Source: an uncultured Lachnospiraceae bacterium (lineage in GTDB: Bacteria > Bacillota > Clostridia > Lachnospirales > Lachnospiraceae). Taken from it: a DNA stretch of 64,000 nucleotides. The stretch is from NCBI GenBank assembly GCA_902802515.1, contig CADCMM010000007.1, forward strand, positions 33,954 to 97,953. Reading direction: 5' to 3'. Both the position numbers and the translations under genes were made by a program. Below are positions 9,823 to 17,330 of this stretch, piece by piece; within the stretch, counting starts at the first letter, position 1; every line of letters begins with the position of its first letter. The notes beneath the pieces are model-generated. The model searched no databases and was not told the DNA's origin. It was given only the letters and a program-made list of their open reading frames with translations.

Positions 9823-11559
9823 ATGTCCGAATTATATGAACTCACTATGCAGCAAACTATGCAGCAGACATCACAGGAGGACCGTCAGCGTATACTGTCA
9901 GAGGACTATGTCAGCCTCATATTTCATACCCAGAATTCACCTTTTGATCCGACAGAAATATTGGAAGAATTACTTCCACAAGTCGTAAACAGGAAATACG
10001 TCATTTTGAATGCTCCTCTCGCCGAATTCCCCCCTGATATAGCCAGCCAGGGATACTACAGCATACCAAAACTATTTACCCTTCTGGATACCGCGAGCCT
10101 GGAAGCCTCCGGTATTCTTCGAGTTCAAAATCAGCCTTTCCTAAACTTAAAAGGCAGAGGGGTGATCATTGGCTTCATCGACACCGGGATCAACTATCAG
10201 CATCCCGCATTCCGAAATCCGGACGGAAGCAGCCGGATATTGCGTATCTGGGATCAAACCATTCAGACAGGGCAAATACCGGAGGGATTCCGGTACGGTT
10301 CTGAGTATACGCAGGAGCAGATCGATCTGGCACTGCGCTCTTCCTCTCCCCTCTCTATTGTGCCCACCACTGATTCTGACGGACACGGCAGCGCTATGGC
10401 TGGTATCGCGGCGGGAAGCGTGGATGAAACTGCACAGTTTTCCGGGGCAGCTCCTCTCGCCTCAATCATGGTGGTAAAGTTAAAACCTGCCAAGCAATAT
10501 CTCCGGGACTACTTTCTGGTAGATGACGCAGCTGTTGTCTTTCAGGAAGATGACTGCATGCTGGCCGTCAGTTATCTGGAGCGAAGGGCACGGTCATTGA
10601 ACCGCCCCCTGGTAATCTGTTTTGGTCTTGGCACAAATCAGGGGGGACATGACGGACACACTCCCCTTGATGAGGTCTTCAACTCCATCACGTTTACCGC
10701 GGGCAATTACGCGGTGATCGCCGGCGGCAACGAAACCGGACTTGGACATCACTATTTTGGAAAACTGGAGAGAATGGGAGATTCTTCTGAGGTGGAAGTC
10801 GTGGTAGACCGGGAGACCAGAGGGTTTACTATGGAACTTTGGGCATTTTCTCCGGAACTGTACGCACTGGGTGTCATTTCCCCTTTGGGCGAAAGGGTAT
10901 CTCCCCTTGATCCAAGAATTGGAGCGTCACAGAATACGTTCTTTCTTCTGGACCGTTCCTCCGTAAAAATCGACTACGAAATTGTGGAATTTCAGACCGG
11001 AAGTCAGCTCATCCAGGTGCGGGTGGAGAATCCGTCCATGGGAGTATGGCGTTTTCAGGTTGTTAACAAAAGATTTCTGAATGGAAATTTTCATATGTGG
11101 CTGCCTGCTGGGGAGATGATTTCCCCCTATGTCCGTTTTTTGTATCCAGATCCGGATACTACCCTGACCGTGCCATCCTGCAATGACAATATTATCTGTA
11201 TCAGTACCTACAGTGCTTACGACAATACGCTGTTTCTTAATTCCAGCCGCGGATATACCAGAGATAACCACATCAAACCGGACATTGCAGCGCCCGGCGT
11301 CAATCTTCCTGTACCCTACGGCAACTCCGCATACGTGCGTTTCACAGGTTCCAGCGCGGCCGCTTCCATCTCAGGCGGGGCCGTTGCCTTGCTGGTACAG
11401 TGGGGAATGGAAGATCTGAACGGAAAAATTCTATCCAATAACGAGGTAAAAAACTTGCTCTACCGAGGCGCGAAACGCTCGGAAGCGCTCTACTACCCAA
11501 ACCGGGAGTGGGGATACGGAGCCCTTGATGTATATGGAATTTTCGAATCACTAATATAA
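9823..11559 (+). CDS. S8 family serine peptidase, Csp-like (germination-protease-like) architecture
   Basis: I place the start at the internal ATG 9823, because the track start at 9631 overlaps the divergent gene. GGAG lies upstream. Motifs are GFIDTGINYQHP, DGHGSAMAG and TGSSAAASISGG, plus IWDQT, which I recall from Csp proteases. Confidence 0.75.
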   Translation: MSELYELTMQQTMQQTSQEDRQRILSEDYVSLIFHTQNSPFDPTEILEELLPQVVNRKYVILNAPLAEFPPDIASQGYYSIPKLFTLLDTASLEASGILRVQNQPFLNLKGRGVIIGFIDTGINYQHPAFRNPDGSSRILRIWDQTIQTGQIPEGFRYGSEYTQEQIDLALRSSSPLSIVPTTDSDGHGSAMAGIAAGSVDETAQFSGAAPLASIMVVKLKPAKQYLRDYFLVDDAAVVFQEDDCMLAVSYLERRARSLNRPLVICFGLGTNQGGHDGHTPLDEVFNSITFTAGNYAVIAGGNETGLGHHYFGKLERMGDSSEVEVVVDRETRGFTMELWAFSPELYALGVISPLGERVSPLDPRIGASQNTFFLLDRSSVKIDYEIVEFQTGSQLIQVRVENPSMGVWRFQVVNKRFLNGNFHMWLPAGEMISPYVRFLYPDPDTTLTVPSCNDNIICISTYSAYDNTLFLNSSRGYTRDNHIKPDIAAPGVNLPVPYGNSAYVRFTGSSAAASISGGAVALLVQWGMEDLNGKILSNNEVKNLLYRGAKRSEALYYPNREWGYGALDVYGIFESLI

Positions 11560-11560
11560 A

Positions 11561-11731
11561 AGGCAGTCTCGCTAAACATATGCAGTGCATCCATGTGTTC
11601 TGTAAGAAACATCCGCAGCACCAGTACTTGGCGAATGCGTGCATGAGCCTTAGTACCGCTGTAGCGAGGACAGAGCGAGAGCGGTTTCGGGAAGAATATA
11701 TGGATGTGCAAATTGCCTAGCGAGTCTGCCT
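11561..11731. other. 171-nt rod-like imperfect hairpin (candidate structured RNA or 3'UTR element)
   Basis: The closing arms AGGCAGTCTCGCTA and TAGCGAGTCTGCCT pair in 13 of 14 positions. Inner helices are TGCA/TGCA, CATCCATGTGTTC/GAATATATGGATG (with G-U pairs), GAAAC/GTTTC, CCGC/GCGG and GTACT/AGTAC. No U-tract follows. Confidence 0.45.
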
Positions 11732-11744
11732 CAGAAATTCAGTC

Positions 11745-11771
11745 ACACAAATCCCATATCCGCATATGATA
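11745..11771 (+). promoter_or_regulatory. Possible sigma-K-type promoter (AC-N16-CATATGATA) for the Cys-rich gene
   Basis: AC at 11745-11746 is followed by a 16-nt spacer and then CATATGATA at 11763-11771, 31 nt before the ATG. This is a pattern match only. Confidence 0.25.
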
Positions 11772-11801
11772 CAGTGTAAACTCAATACGGAGGATTTTAA
11801 C

Positions 11802-12044
11802 ATGAGTGATTTAGCTGCTACAAACTGTGGATGTGGATGTGACAACGACCGTGACAATGGTATTCTGGGTGGTTCCAACAACAACTGCTGTTGGATCATT
11901 ATCCTGCTGCTGCTGTTCGGCTGCTGCGGCAACAACGGCTGGCGCGGTGACAACGACAATTCCTGCCTGATCATCATTCTTCTGCTCTTCTGCGGATGCG
12001 GAAACAATGGGATCCTTGGCGGCAACGGATGCGGATGCAACTAG
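11802..12044 (+). CDS. 80-aa Cys/Gly/Asn-rich protein with two short hydrophobic cores (tiny-TM, YjcZ-like in style)
   Basis: The internal ATG has a strong RBS (GGAGG, then 8 nt). The protein is MSDLAATNCGCGCDNDRDNGILGGSNNNCCWIIILLLLFGCCGNNGWRGDNDNSCLIIILLLFCGCGNNGILGGNGCGCN. A GC hairpin terminator follows. Confidence 0.6.
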   Translation: MSDLAATNCGCGCDNDRDNGILGGSNNNCCWIIILLLLFGCCGNNGWRGDNDNSCLIIILLLFCGCGNNGILGGNGCGCN

Positions 12045-12066
12045 TCTAAGGAAACGGATTAATCAA

Positions 12067-12082
12067 GGGGCCGAAAGGCCCC
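12067..12082. terminator. Bidirectional intrinsic terminator hairpin
   Basis: The hairpin is GGGGCC-GAAA-GGCCCC, with T-rich tracts on both strands, between convergent ORFs. Confidence 0.6.
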
Positions 12083-12086
12083 TCAT

Positions 12087-12293
12087 TTATCGTCTTCTGG
12101 AATTATTCCTCGCTGAATTTCTTTTTTGAGTGTCACGCTTCCTCTCTATTGTTTTCTCCTGATATATTTTCCCCTTTTGGGTTTTCTCCATCAGGCAATC
12201 CTCATCTATCTCATAAAAAGCGTTCCCATCTAGGACAATGCGTGTTTTCACAGTACTCCTTCCCGGAAATTCCTGATAAAACAGATCTTCCAT
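12087..12293 (-). CDS. Hypothetical small basic protein (68 aa)
   Basis: The ORF carries an IVLDGNAFYEIDEDCL motif and a Lys/Arg-rich tail. The RBS is weak, so coding status is uncertain. Confidence 0.3.
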   Translation of the reverse strand: MEDLFYQEFPGRSTVKTRIVLDGNAFYEIDEDCLMEKTQKGKIYQEKTIERKRDTQKRNSARNNSRRR

Positions 12294-12387
12294 TCTATCT
12301 TATGAGATGCAGGAAAAAAAGTGTCTTCAAATAGTTCTAACACTGCTTTAGCCTTCATAGAATAGAAAAAAAACATCCGAGGCTTAC

Positions 12388-12729
12388 ATGCTGACAACCA
12401 TTGATCAGATTGCCAACCAAAATCATTTACAGCTTTTCAAAGCAGCAATTCCCTATCTACCGGAAAACCGTCAGAGCTTCCTGTCCTGCTATATCAAAAT
12501 GGTAGAACTGCAAAATGTTGCAAGTTTCTTTTCCAATTCTCACGGAAGACTTCAATCCTGTGCTGTCGGTCAGGAAGCTCCCAATCTGACGGATATGATA
12601 AGCGATTTAAGGAATTTTTGCGATGAAAGCGAACAAAAATGGCTTGATCAGATGTCGAATGTTTTAACCGCCATGGAACTGTACGCCGCCATGGCTGAAA
12701 ATTTTGATAGTGAGGAAGAATATGAGTGA
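12388..12729 (+). CDS. Hypothetical protein (113 aa)
   Basis: ATG preceded by GAGG. No family recognised. The predicted protein is acidic and looks helical. Confidence 0.5.
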   Translation: MLTTIDQIANQNHLQLFKAAIPYLPENRQSFLSCYIKMVELQNVASFFSNSHGRLQSCAVGQEAPNLTDMISDLRNFCDESEQKWLDQMSNVLTAMELYAAMAENFDSEEEYE

Positions 12730-13000
12730 TATGAATTGGTTTGATAATCCTGCGCTGCAAAACATAGATCCGGCAAAGCTGCAGATGCTGCTGTCCATGT
12801 CCGATCAGGCAAAAGGAAAAAGCCAGGCGGATCTTCTGCCTTTTCTGATGTCTGCTATGTCTCAGCCAGGAAGCAGCAAAATGAATTTTTCTCAAGATGA
12901 GATGGATACGATAATCAATGTGATGAAGATAGGCAAATCACCTCAGGAGATCAGAAAAATGGATCGGATGTGCGCAATATTAAAACAGATGCGCCGCTAA
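12722..13000 (+). CDS. Hypothetical protein (92 aa), translationally coupled to the upstream ORF
   Basis: The ATG at 12722 follows GAGGAAG and overlaps the upstream stop. No family recognised. Confidence 0.5.
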   Translation: MSDMNWFDNPALQNIDPAKLQMLLSMSDQAKGKSQADLLPFLMSAMSQPGSSKMNFSQDEMDTIINVMKIGKSPQEIRKMDRMCAILKQMRR

Positions 13001-13518
13001 GGACGCATCCATCTTCGTTTCTCCACATGAGATTTTAAAGATTTATTTAACAGGCGAAGTGCCTCATCCACTGCAGCTTCCCTTATCTGCCTGCGGGTTC
13101 CTGTCAAGTGCAATTCTTTCACCCGAATCCTCCCCAGGTAAAAACACCCAACGTATACCAGACCTACATTGGTATCTTTTTCATCCATCGCAGGTCCTGC
13201 ATATCCGGTGACGGAAAGGCAGGCGTCTGCACCGGATACTTTGGCCCCGCCCTTTGCCATCGCTTCGGCTGTCTTTTGGCTTACAGCAGTATATTTTCTC
13301 AGCGTAGATTTCTTTACCTTGACCAGATGGTGTTTTGCTTCGTCGCAGTATGTGACGTAACTTTGCCGAAACACATCGGAGGAACCGGAAATATCTGTGA
13401 TCCTCGCTGACAGCAGTCCTCCTGTGCAGGATTCCACCGCGCTGACGGTTTCTCCTCTTTTACGCAGTATTTCTAACAAGTCCGCCACATACCAGTCATT
13501 CAAACGTCCCATCGTCAA
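12997..13518 (-). CDS. pncC: CinA C-terminal-domain protein (NMN amidohydrolase PncC-type)
   Basis: 173 aa with ESCTGGLLSARITDISGSSDVF, a CinA-C signature. It sits in the conserved rimO-pgsA-cinA order. Confidence 0.8.
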   Translation of the reverse strand: MTMGRLNDWYVADLLEILRKRGETVSAVESCTGGLLSARITDISGSSDVFRQSYVTYCDEAKHHLVKVKKSTLRKYTAVSQKTAEAMAKGGAKVSGADACLSVTGYAGPAMDEKDTNVGLVYVGCFYLGRIRVKELHLTGTRRQIREAAVDEALRLLNKSLKSHVEKRRWMRP

Positions 13519-14057
13519 TGTACATCCTTTAATACATCCCTGTTTTTGTATATGTAGTCTGCCAGAGAGATCACCGTCAATATGGTGGCCAGAACAACAA
13601 AAACTTTAGCGAGAGCACGGAAGAAACCTTTGAAATAGAATATCAGCAGAATCACCATGATCATCTGTGTTACGGTTTTCAATTTACCCCAGGGACTTGC
13701 AGCGATCACTGTGCCCCGCTCCGCCGCTACCAGGCGGAAACCACTGATGATAAACTCACGGCTCACAATAATAATAACGACCCAGGCGGAAAGCCTTCCA
13801 AGCTGTACCAGACAGATCAGGGCGGAACAAACCAGCAGCTTGTCAGCCAGCGGATCCATAAATTTACCAAACACGGTAATCTCATCATTTTTTCTTGCAA
13901 GATAACCATCCAGTGTATCGGTCAGACTGGCAGCAATAAACAGCAAACCTGCGATCCATTTACCGGCGGCTCCCGTATTGCCCAACATAAAAAATACAAA
14001 TACGGGAATCAACAAAATACGCAATATGGTCAACTTATTAGGCATATTCATTTTCAT
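13515..14057 (-). CDS. pgsA: CDP-diacylglycerol--glycerol-3-phosphate 3-phosphatidyltransferase
   Basis: 180 aa. It has PNKLTILRILLIPVF and the DTLDGYLAR motif, and is a multi-TM protein. Confidence 0.9.
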   Translation of the reverse strand: MKMNMPNKLTILRILLIPVFVFFMLGNTGAAGKWIAGLLFIAASLTDTLDGYLARKNDEITVFGKFMDPLADKLLVCSALICLVQLGRLSAWVVIIIVSREFIISGFRLVAAERGTVIAASPWGKLKTVTQMIMVILLIFYFKGFFRALAKVFVVLATILTVISLADYIYKNRDVLKDVH

Positions 14058-15379
14058 TCTTCTAACTCTCCTATCAAATCATAATCACTGGCTCCAGTCA
14101 CCCGAACCTTCACAAAATCTCCGGACATCAATACTTCTTCCGTATTCAGAAACAGATAACCATCCACCCCAGGCGCGTCACCATAAGTGCGTGCAACATA
14201 GGCGTTTTCATCTGCCACTTTACCCTCGATTATCGCCCAGAGTGTATTTCCGACTTTCTGCTGTGCCAGATCAAAGGCTACCTCCTGCTGCAATTCCATT
14301 AATTCGTCCCTGCGATTAAGTTTTATTTCCTCAGGAATCTGATCCGGCATATTTGCTGCCGGTGTTCCCTCTTCCGGGGAATAGGTAAATACGCCAAGTC
14401 GGTCAAATTCCATCTCATCAACAAAAGCCATCAATTCTTCGTGTTGCTGGTCTGTTTCCCCCGGAAAACCTGTTATGAGCGTGGTGCGCAGAACAATATC
14501 CGGTACTTCTGACCGCAGCCGCTCCACAATCTTAACCAGTTCCTTCGAAGTAGTTCTCCTGCCCATTCTCTTTAAAATCTGATCGTTGGCATGCTGAATG
14601 GGAAGATCCAGATAATGGCAAAATTTTGGTTCTTCTTTCATTGTTTGGATCAACTCATCGTAGATTTCTTCCGGATAACAGTATAATACCCGGATCCACC
14701 TCAGTCCTTTGATACGACATAGTTTTTGTATCAGCAAATGCAGGGACTTTTTTCCGTAAAGGTCGGTTCCGTAAAGAGTGGTTTCCTGCGCCACAAGAAT
14801 CAGCTCCTTCACTCCTTCCTGCGCCAGATCCTTGGCCTCTTGTGTTAATTCTTCCATGGGAACACTACGGTAATTCCCCCTCACCTTTGGGATAATACAG
14901 TAAGTACAGTGTTTATCACAGCCTTCCGCAATTTTCAGATACGCGTAATGGCCCCCTGTGGTGAGCATACGTTTTCCCGCCGGCCTGGCCAGACGATCAA
15001 TATCGTCAAACATCGCGACAGACTGCCCTCCCAGGGCTTCCTCAATGGCCTTGACCAGTTTATCATAAGAGGTCGTTCCCAGAACCGCATCTACCTCTTC
15101 GATTTCGTGGATGATCTCCTGCTTATATCTCTGAGCCAGACACCCGGCTACGATCAATGCCTTGCAGTTTCCATTCCTTCGGTACTGCGCCATTTCCAGG
15201 ATTGCCTGAATACTCTCCTCTTTCGCGTCATTGATAAAACAGCAAGTGTTAATGACAATGACATCTGCCTGCGTTTCATCGTCCGTGATCGTAAAACCCT
15301 TATTGCCCAGCAGTCCCAGCATCTTTTCAGAATCTACCAGGTTCTTGTCACAGCCAAGAGAAACAAAGAAAATTTTCAT
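14054..15379 (-). CDS. rimO: Ribosomal protein S12 methylthiotransferase
   Basis: 441 aa. The N-terminus is FVSLGCDKNLVDSE, the radical-SAM motif is CDKHCTYC, and a C-terminal TRAM domain is present. Confidence 0.9.
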   Translation of the reverse strand: MKIFFVSLGCDKNLVDSEKMLGLLGNKGFTITDDETQADVIVINTCCFINDAKEESIQAILEMAQYRRNGNCKALIVAGCLAQRYKQEIIHEIEEVDAVLGTTSYDKLVKAIEEALGGQSVAMFDDIDRLARPAGKRMLTTGGHYAYLKIAEGCDKHCTYCIIPKVRGNYRSVPMEELTQEAKDLAQEGVKELILVAQETTLYGTDLYGKKSLHLLIQKLCRIKGLRWIRVLYCYPEEIYDELIQTMKEEPKFCHYLDLPIQHANDQILKRMGRRTTSKELVKIVERLRSEVPDIVLRTTLITGFPGETDQQHEELMAFVDEMEFDRLGVFTYSPEEGTPAANMPDQIPEEIKLNRRDELMELQQEVAFDLAQQKVGNTLWAIIEGKVADENAYVARTYGDAPGVDGYLFLNTEEVLMSGDFVKVRVTGASDYDLIGELEE

Positions 15380-16029
15380 TATCTCGTCTCCAGTTCATTA
15401 TTTTCATCAGAATCATATGCGGACATGTCCACAATCTCAGCATATTCTCCGTGATGAGCGTTGACGGAATCCGCCGCCTTTTTTCTCTGAGTCAGTTTCT
15501 TCATACGGTGTGATATCACCAGCATGCCGATAATATTCAGCGCACCTTCCAAAATCAGGGAGGCCCCAATATAGATCACCAGAATCTTCCCTTCAAAAGG
15601 ATTGTAGATCAGTACTGCGCCTAAAGCGAACAGTACGATAGCAAAAAAGAGCATCACCTTCCAGTGTTTAAATCCCATCCTTTTCATATCAATGGAATTC
15701 TGAAGCTTCGTGATGGATCCCATCAGAAGGAGTATTCCGATACCAAAAGGTGTGGCAGTCATGATAAAGTCAGAATGAAGCAGCAAAAAGGACGCGAATG
15801 CTGAACAGACCACGCCAATGGTCAGATCCATGTTCATGATGTTTTCCATATGATCTTTGGTAAAGTAAATGACAATGTGAGCCAAACCAAGTACGAGAAG
15901 TCCGATACTCAGTGCTTTGCTGAGCAGTTCCACCGACATATTCGGCCAGAACAACAGGATCACTCCCGCGATTACATAGAAAACAGAGACAATGACAAAA
16001 TTTTTACGGAATCCTTTTACTTCTTCCAT
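15379..16029 (-). CDS. DUF308/HdeD-like integral membrane protein
   Basis: I prefer the ATG at 16029, which follows GGGGAG by 7 nt. The longer track form (to 16137) would overlap rpoZ by about 90 nt. The protein has six hydrophobic helices. Confidence 0.65.
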   Translation of the reverse strand: MEEVKGFRKNFVIVSVFYVIAGVILLFWPNMSVELLSKALSIGLLVLGLAHIVIYFTKDHMENIMNMDLTIGVVCSAFASFLLLHSDFIMTATPFGIGILLLMGSITKLQNSIDMKRMGFKHWKVMLFFAIVLFALGAVLIYNPFEGKILVIYIGASLILEGALNIIGMLVISHRMKKLTQRKKAADSVNAHHGEYAEIVDMSAYDSDENNELETR

Positions 16030-16045
16030 GTCTTCACTCCCCGGC

Positions 16046-16333
16046 TCAGATTTCTTCCCCTGCGTCTTTGGCTGAAGTTTGGATTTCTTCTTCATCTGCA
16101 TCCTCCGTCTCCGGCATGATCTTGATTTTTCCTTCATTTAGCTCCGCTACTGCCGTAGACAACGGCTTGGAAGCCTGCTGCGGTGTTACAGCAGCTTCGC
16201 CTGCAATGATCTGGCGGGCGCGTTTTGCCGTAGCCATAACAATAGAATAACGGCTGTTTACCACGGGAGTATCGCCCTGCTCAACTTCGCTGTTTACTAC
16301 CTTCATCAGGTCAGTGTAAGATGGATGTAACAT
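16046..16333 (-). CDS. rpoZ: DNA-directed RNA polymerase subunit omega
   Basis: 95 aa with SRYSIVMATAKRARQI. Confidence 0.9.
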   Translation of the reverse strand: MLHPSYTDLMKVVNSEVEQGDTPVVNSRYSIVMATAKRARQIIAGEAAVTPQQASKPLSTAVAELNEGKIKIMPETEDADEEEIQTSAKDAGEEI

Positions 16334-16335
16334 AA

Positions 16336-16971
16336 TTATATTTCTCCTTTCGAAAATGCTTTCACTTCGGTTCTGATTTCATTAATAAAACTCAGATTTC
16401 TACTCACTCTCAGATGCTGATCCATGATCAGGCTGTGCATTTTTGCAACACACTCTTCCAGATCATCATTGATCAGTATATAATCATAATTCTCAATGCC
16501 CTCCGATTCTTCACAGGCACGTTTCAATCTCGCCTTAATTATATCTGGCGTCTCTGTTCCTCTTCTCTCCAGGCGTTCTCTTAATACCGCAGCGCTTGGA
16601 GGCATAACGAACAACAGAAGCGTTTCCGGGTATTTTTTCTTAATATTCAGAGCGCCCTGGATCTCAATTTCAAGGATTACATCTTTTCCCCCGTCCATCT
16701 GCTCTTCTACATATTTTTTAGGGGTTCCATAGTAATTCTCACAGTAACAGGCATGTTCAATTAATTCCCCGTCACTGATCATCCTCTGAAATTCTTCTCT
16801 TGTGCGGAAAAAATATTCCCGCCCGTCCTCCTCTCCCTCACGGGGACTGCGGGTGGTGGCAGAAATAGACAGTGCGTAATTGTCATACCGCTCCACCAGA
16901 CACTTCATAACAGTGCCCTTTCCCACTCCGGAAAAACCGGAGACAACAACCAATATTCCTTTTTGTGCCAT
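16336..16971 (-). CDS. gmk: Guanylate kinase
   Basis: It has the P-loop SGFSGVGKGT. I prefer the ATG at 16971, because the track start at 16989 is a GTG that overlaps remA. Confidence 0.9.
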   Translation of the reverse strand: MAQKGILVVVSGFSGVGKGTVMKCLVERYDNYALSISATTRSPREGEEDGREYFFRTREEFQRMISDGELIEHACYCENYYGTPKKYVEEQMDGGKDVILEIEIQGALNIKKKYPETLLLFVMPPSAAVLRERLERRGTETPDIIKARLKRACEESEGIENYDYILINDDLEECVAKMHSLIMDQHLRVSRNLSFINEIRTEVKAFSKGEI

Positions 16972-16972
16972 A

Positions 16973-17245
16973 CTATGCATCAACCTCACTTTTACTCTCC
17001 GAAATTTCGTTCATGGAAAAACGTTTCGCTATCGTATCCGGCTGAAGCGCGGACAGCACCACATAATCCGTCTCCATGATCAGAACTGCCTTGGTTTTTC
17101 TCCCCTGGGTAGCGTCAATGATCTTCTGTGTCTCTCTGGCATTTTGCACCAAACGTTTGATAGGAGCCGCATCCGGGCTCACTACCGCGATTAATTTTCC
17201 TTCGTTCACCATGTTGCCAAAACCGATATTGACCAATCCCGCCAT
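16973..17245 (-). CDS. remA: RemA/DUF370 family regulator
   Basis: The protein begins MAGLVNIGFGNMV...IAVVSPDAAPIKRL. GGAG lies 7 nt upstream of the ATG at 17245. Confidence 0.85.
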   Translation of the reverse strand: MAGLVNIGFGNMVNEGKLIAVVSPDAAPIKRLVQNARETQKIIDATQGRKTKAVLIMETDYVVLSALQPDTIAKRFSMNEISESKSEVDA

Positions 17246-17330
17246 AATCATGCTCCGTTTCTAAGTTTCTATGTTCTTGATATATAGATATATACAGAGC
17301 CGAAGCTCTAAATTGTTTCCATTTTACTGC

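Noticed and set aside
11717-12040. A 107-aa ORF antisense to the Cys-rich gene.
   Set aside because: It has no RBS, and its Pro/Gln/Leu-rich composition mirrors the GC-rich Cys/Gly codons. The sense frame has a strong RBS and a terminator.
12294-12310. CATAAGATA immediately upstream of the 68-aa ORF as another sigma-K -10 element.
   Set aside because: The motif ends 2 nt before the ATG, which is incompatible with promoter geometry. It shows how easily this AT-rich motif arises by chance.
15379-16137. The long 252-aa form of the DUF308 membrane protein.
   Set aside because: It would overlap rpoZ by about 90 nt with a Lys/Arg-rich, non-membrane extension. The internal ATG at 16029 has a proper RBS.
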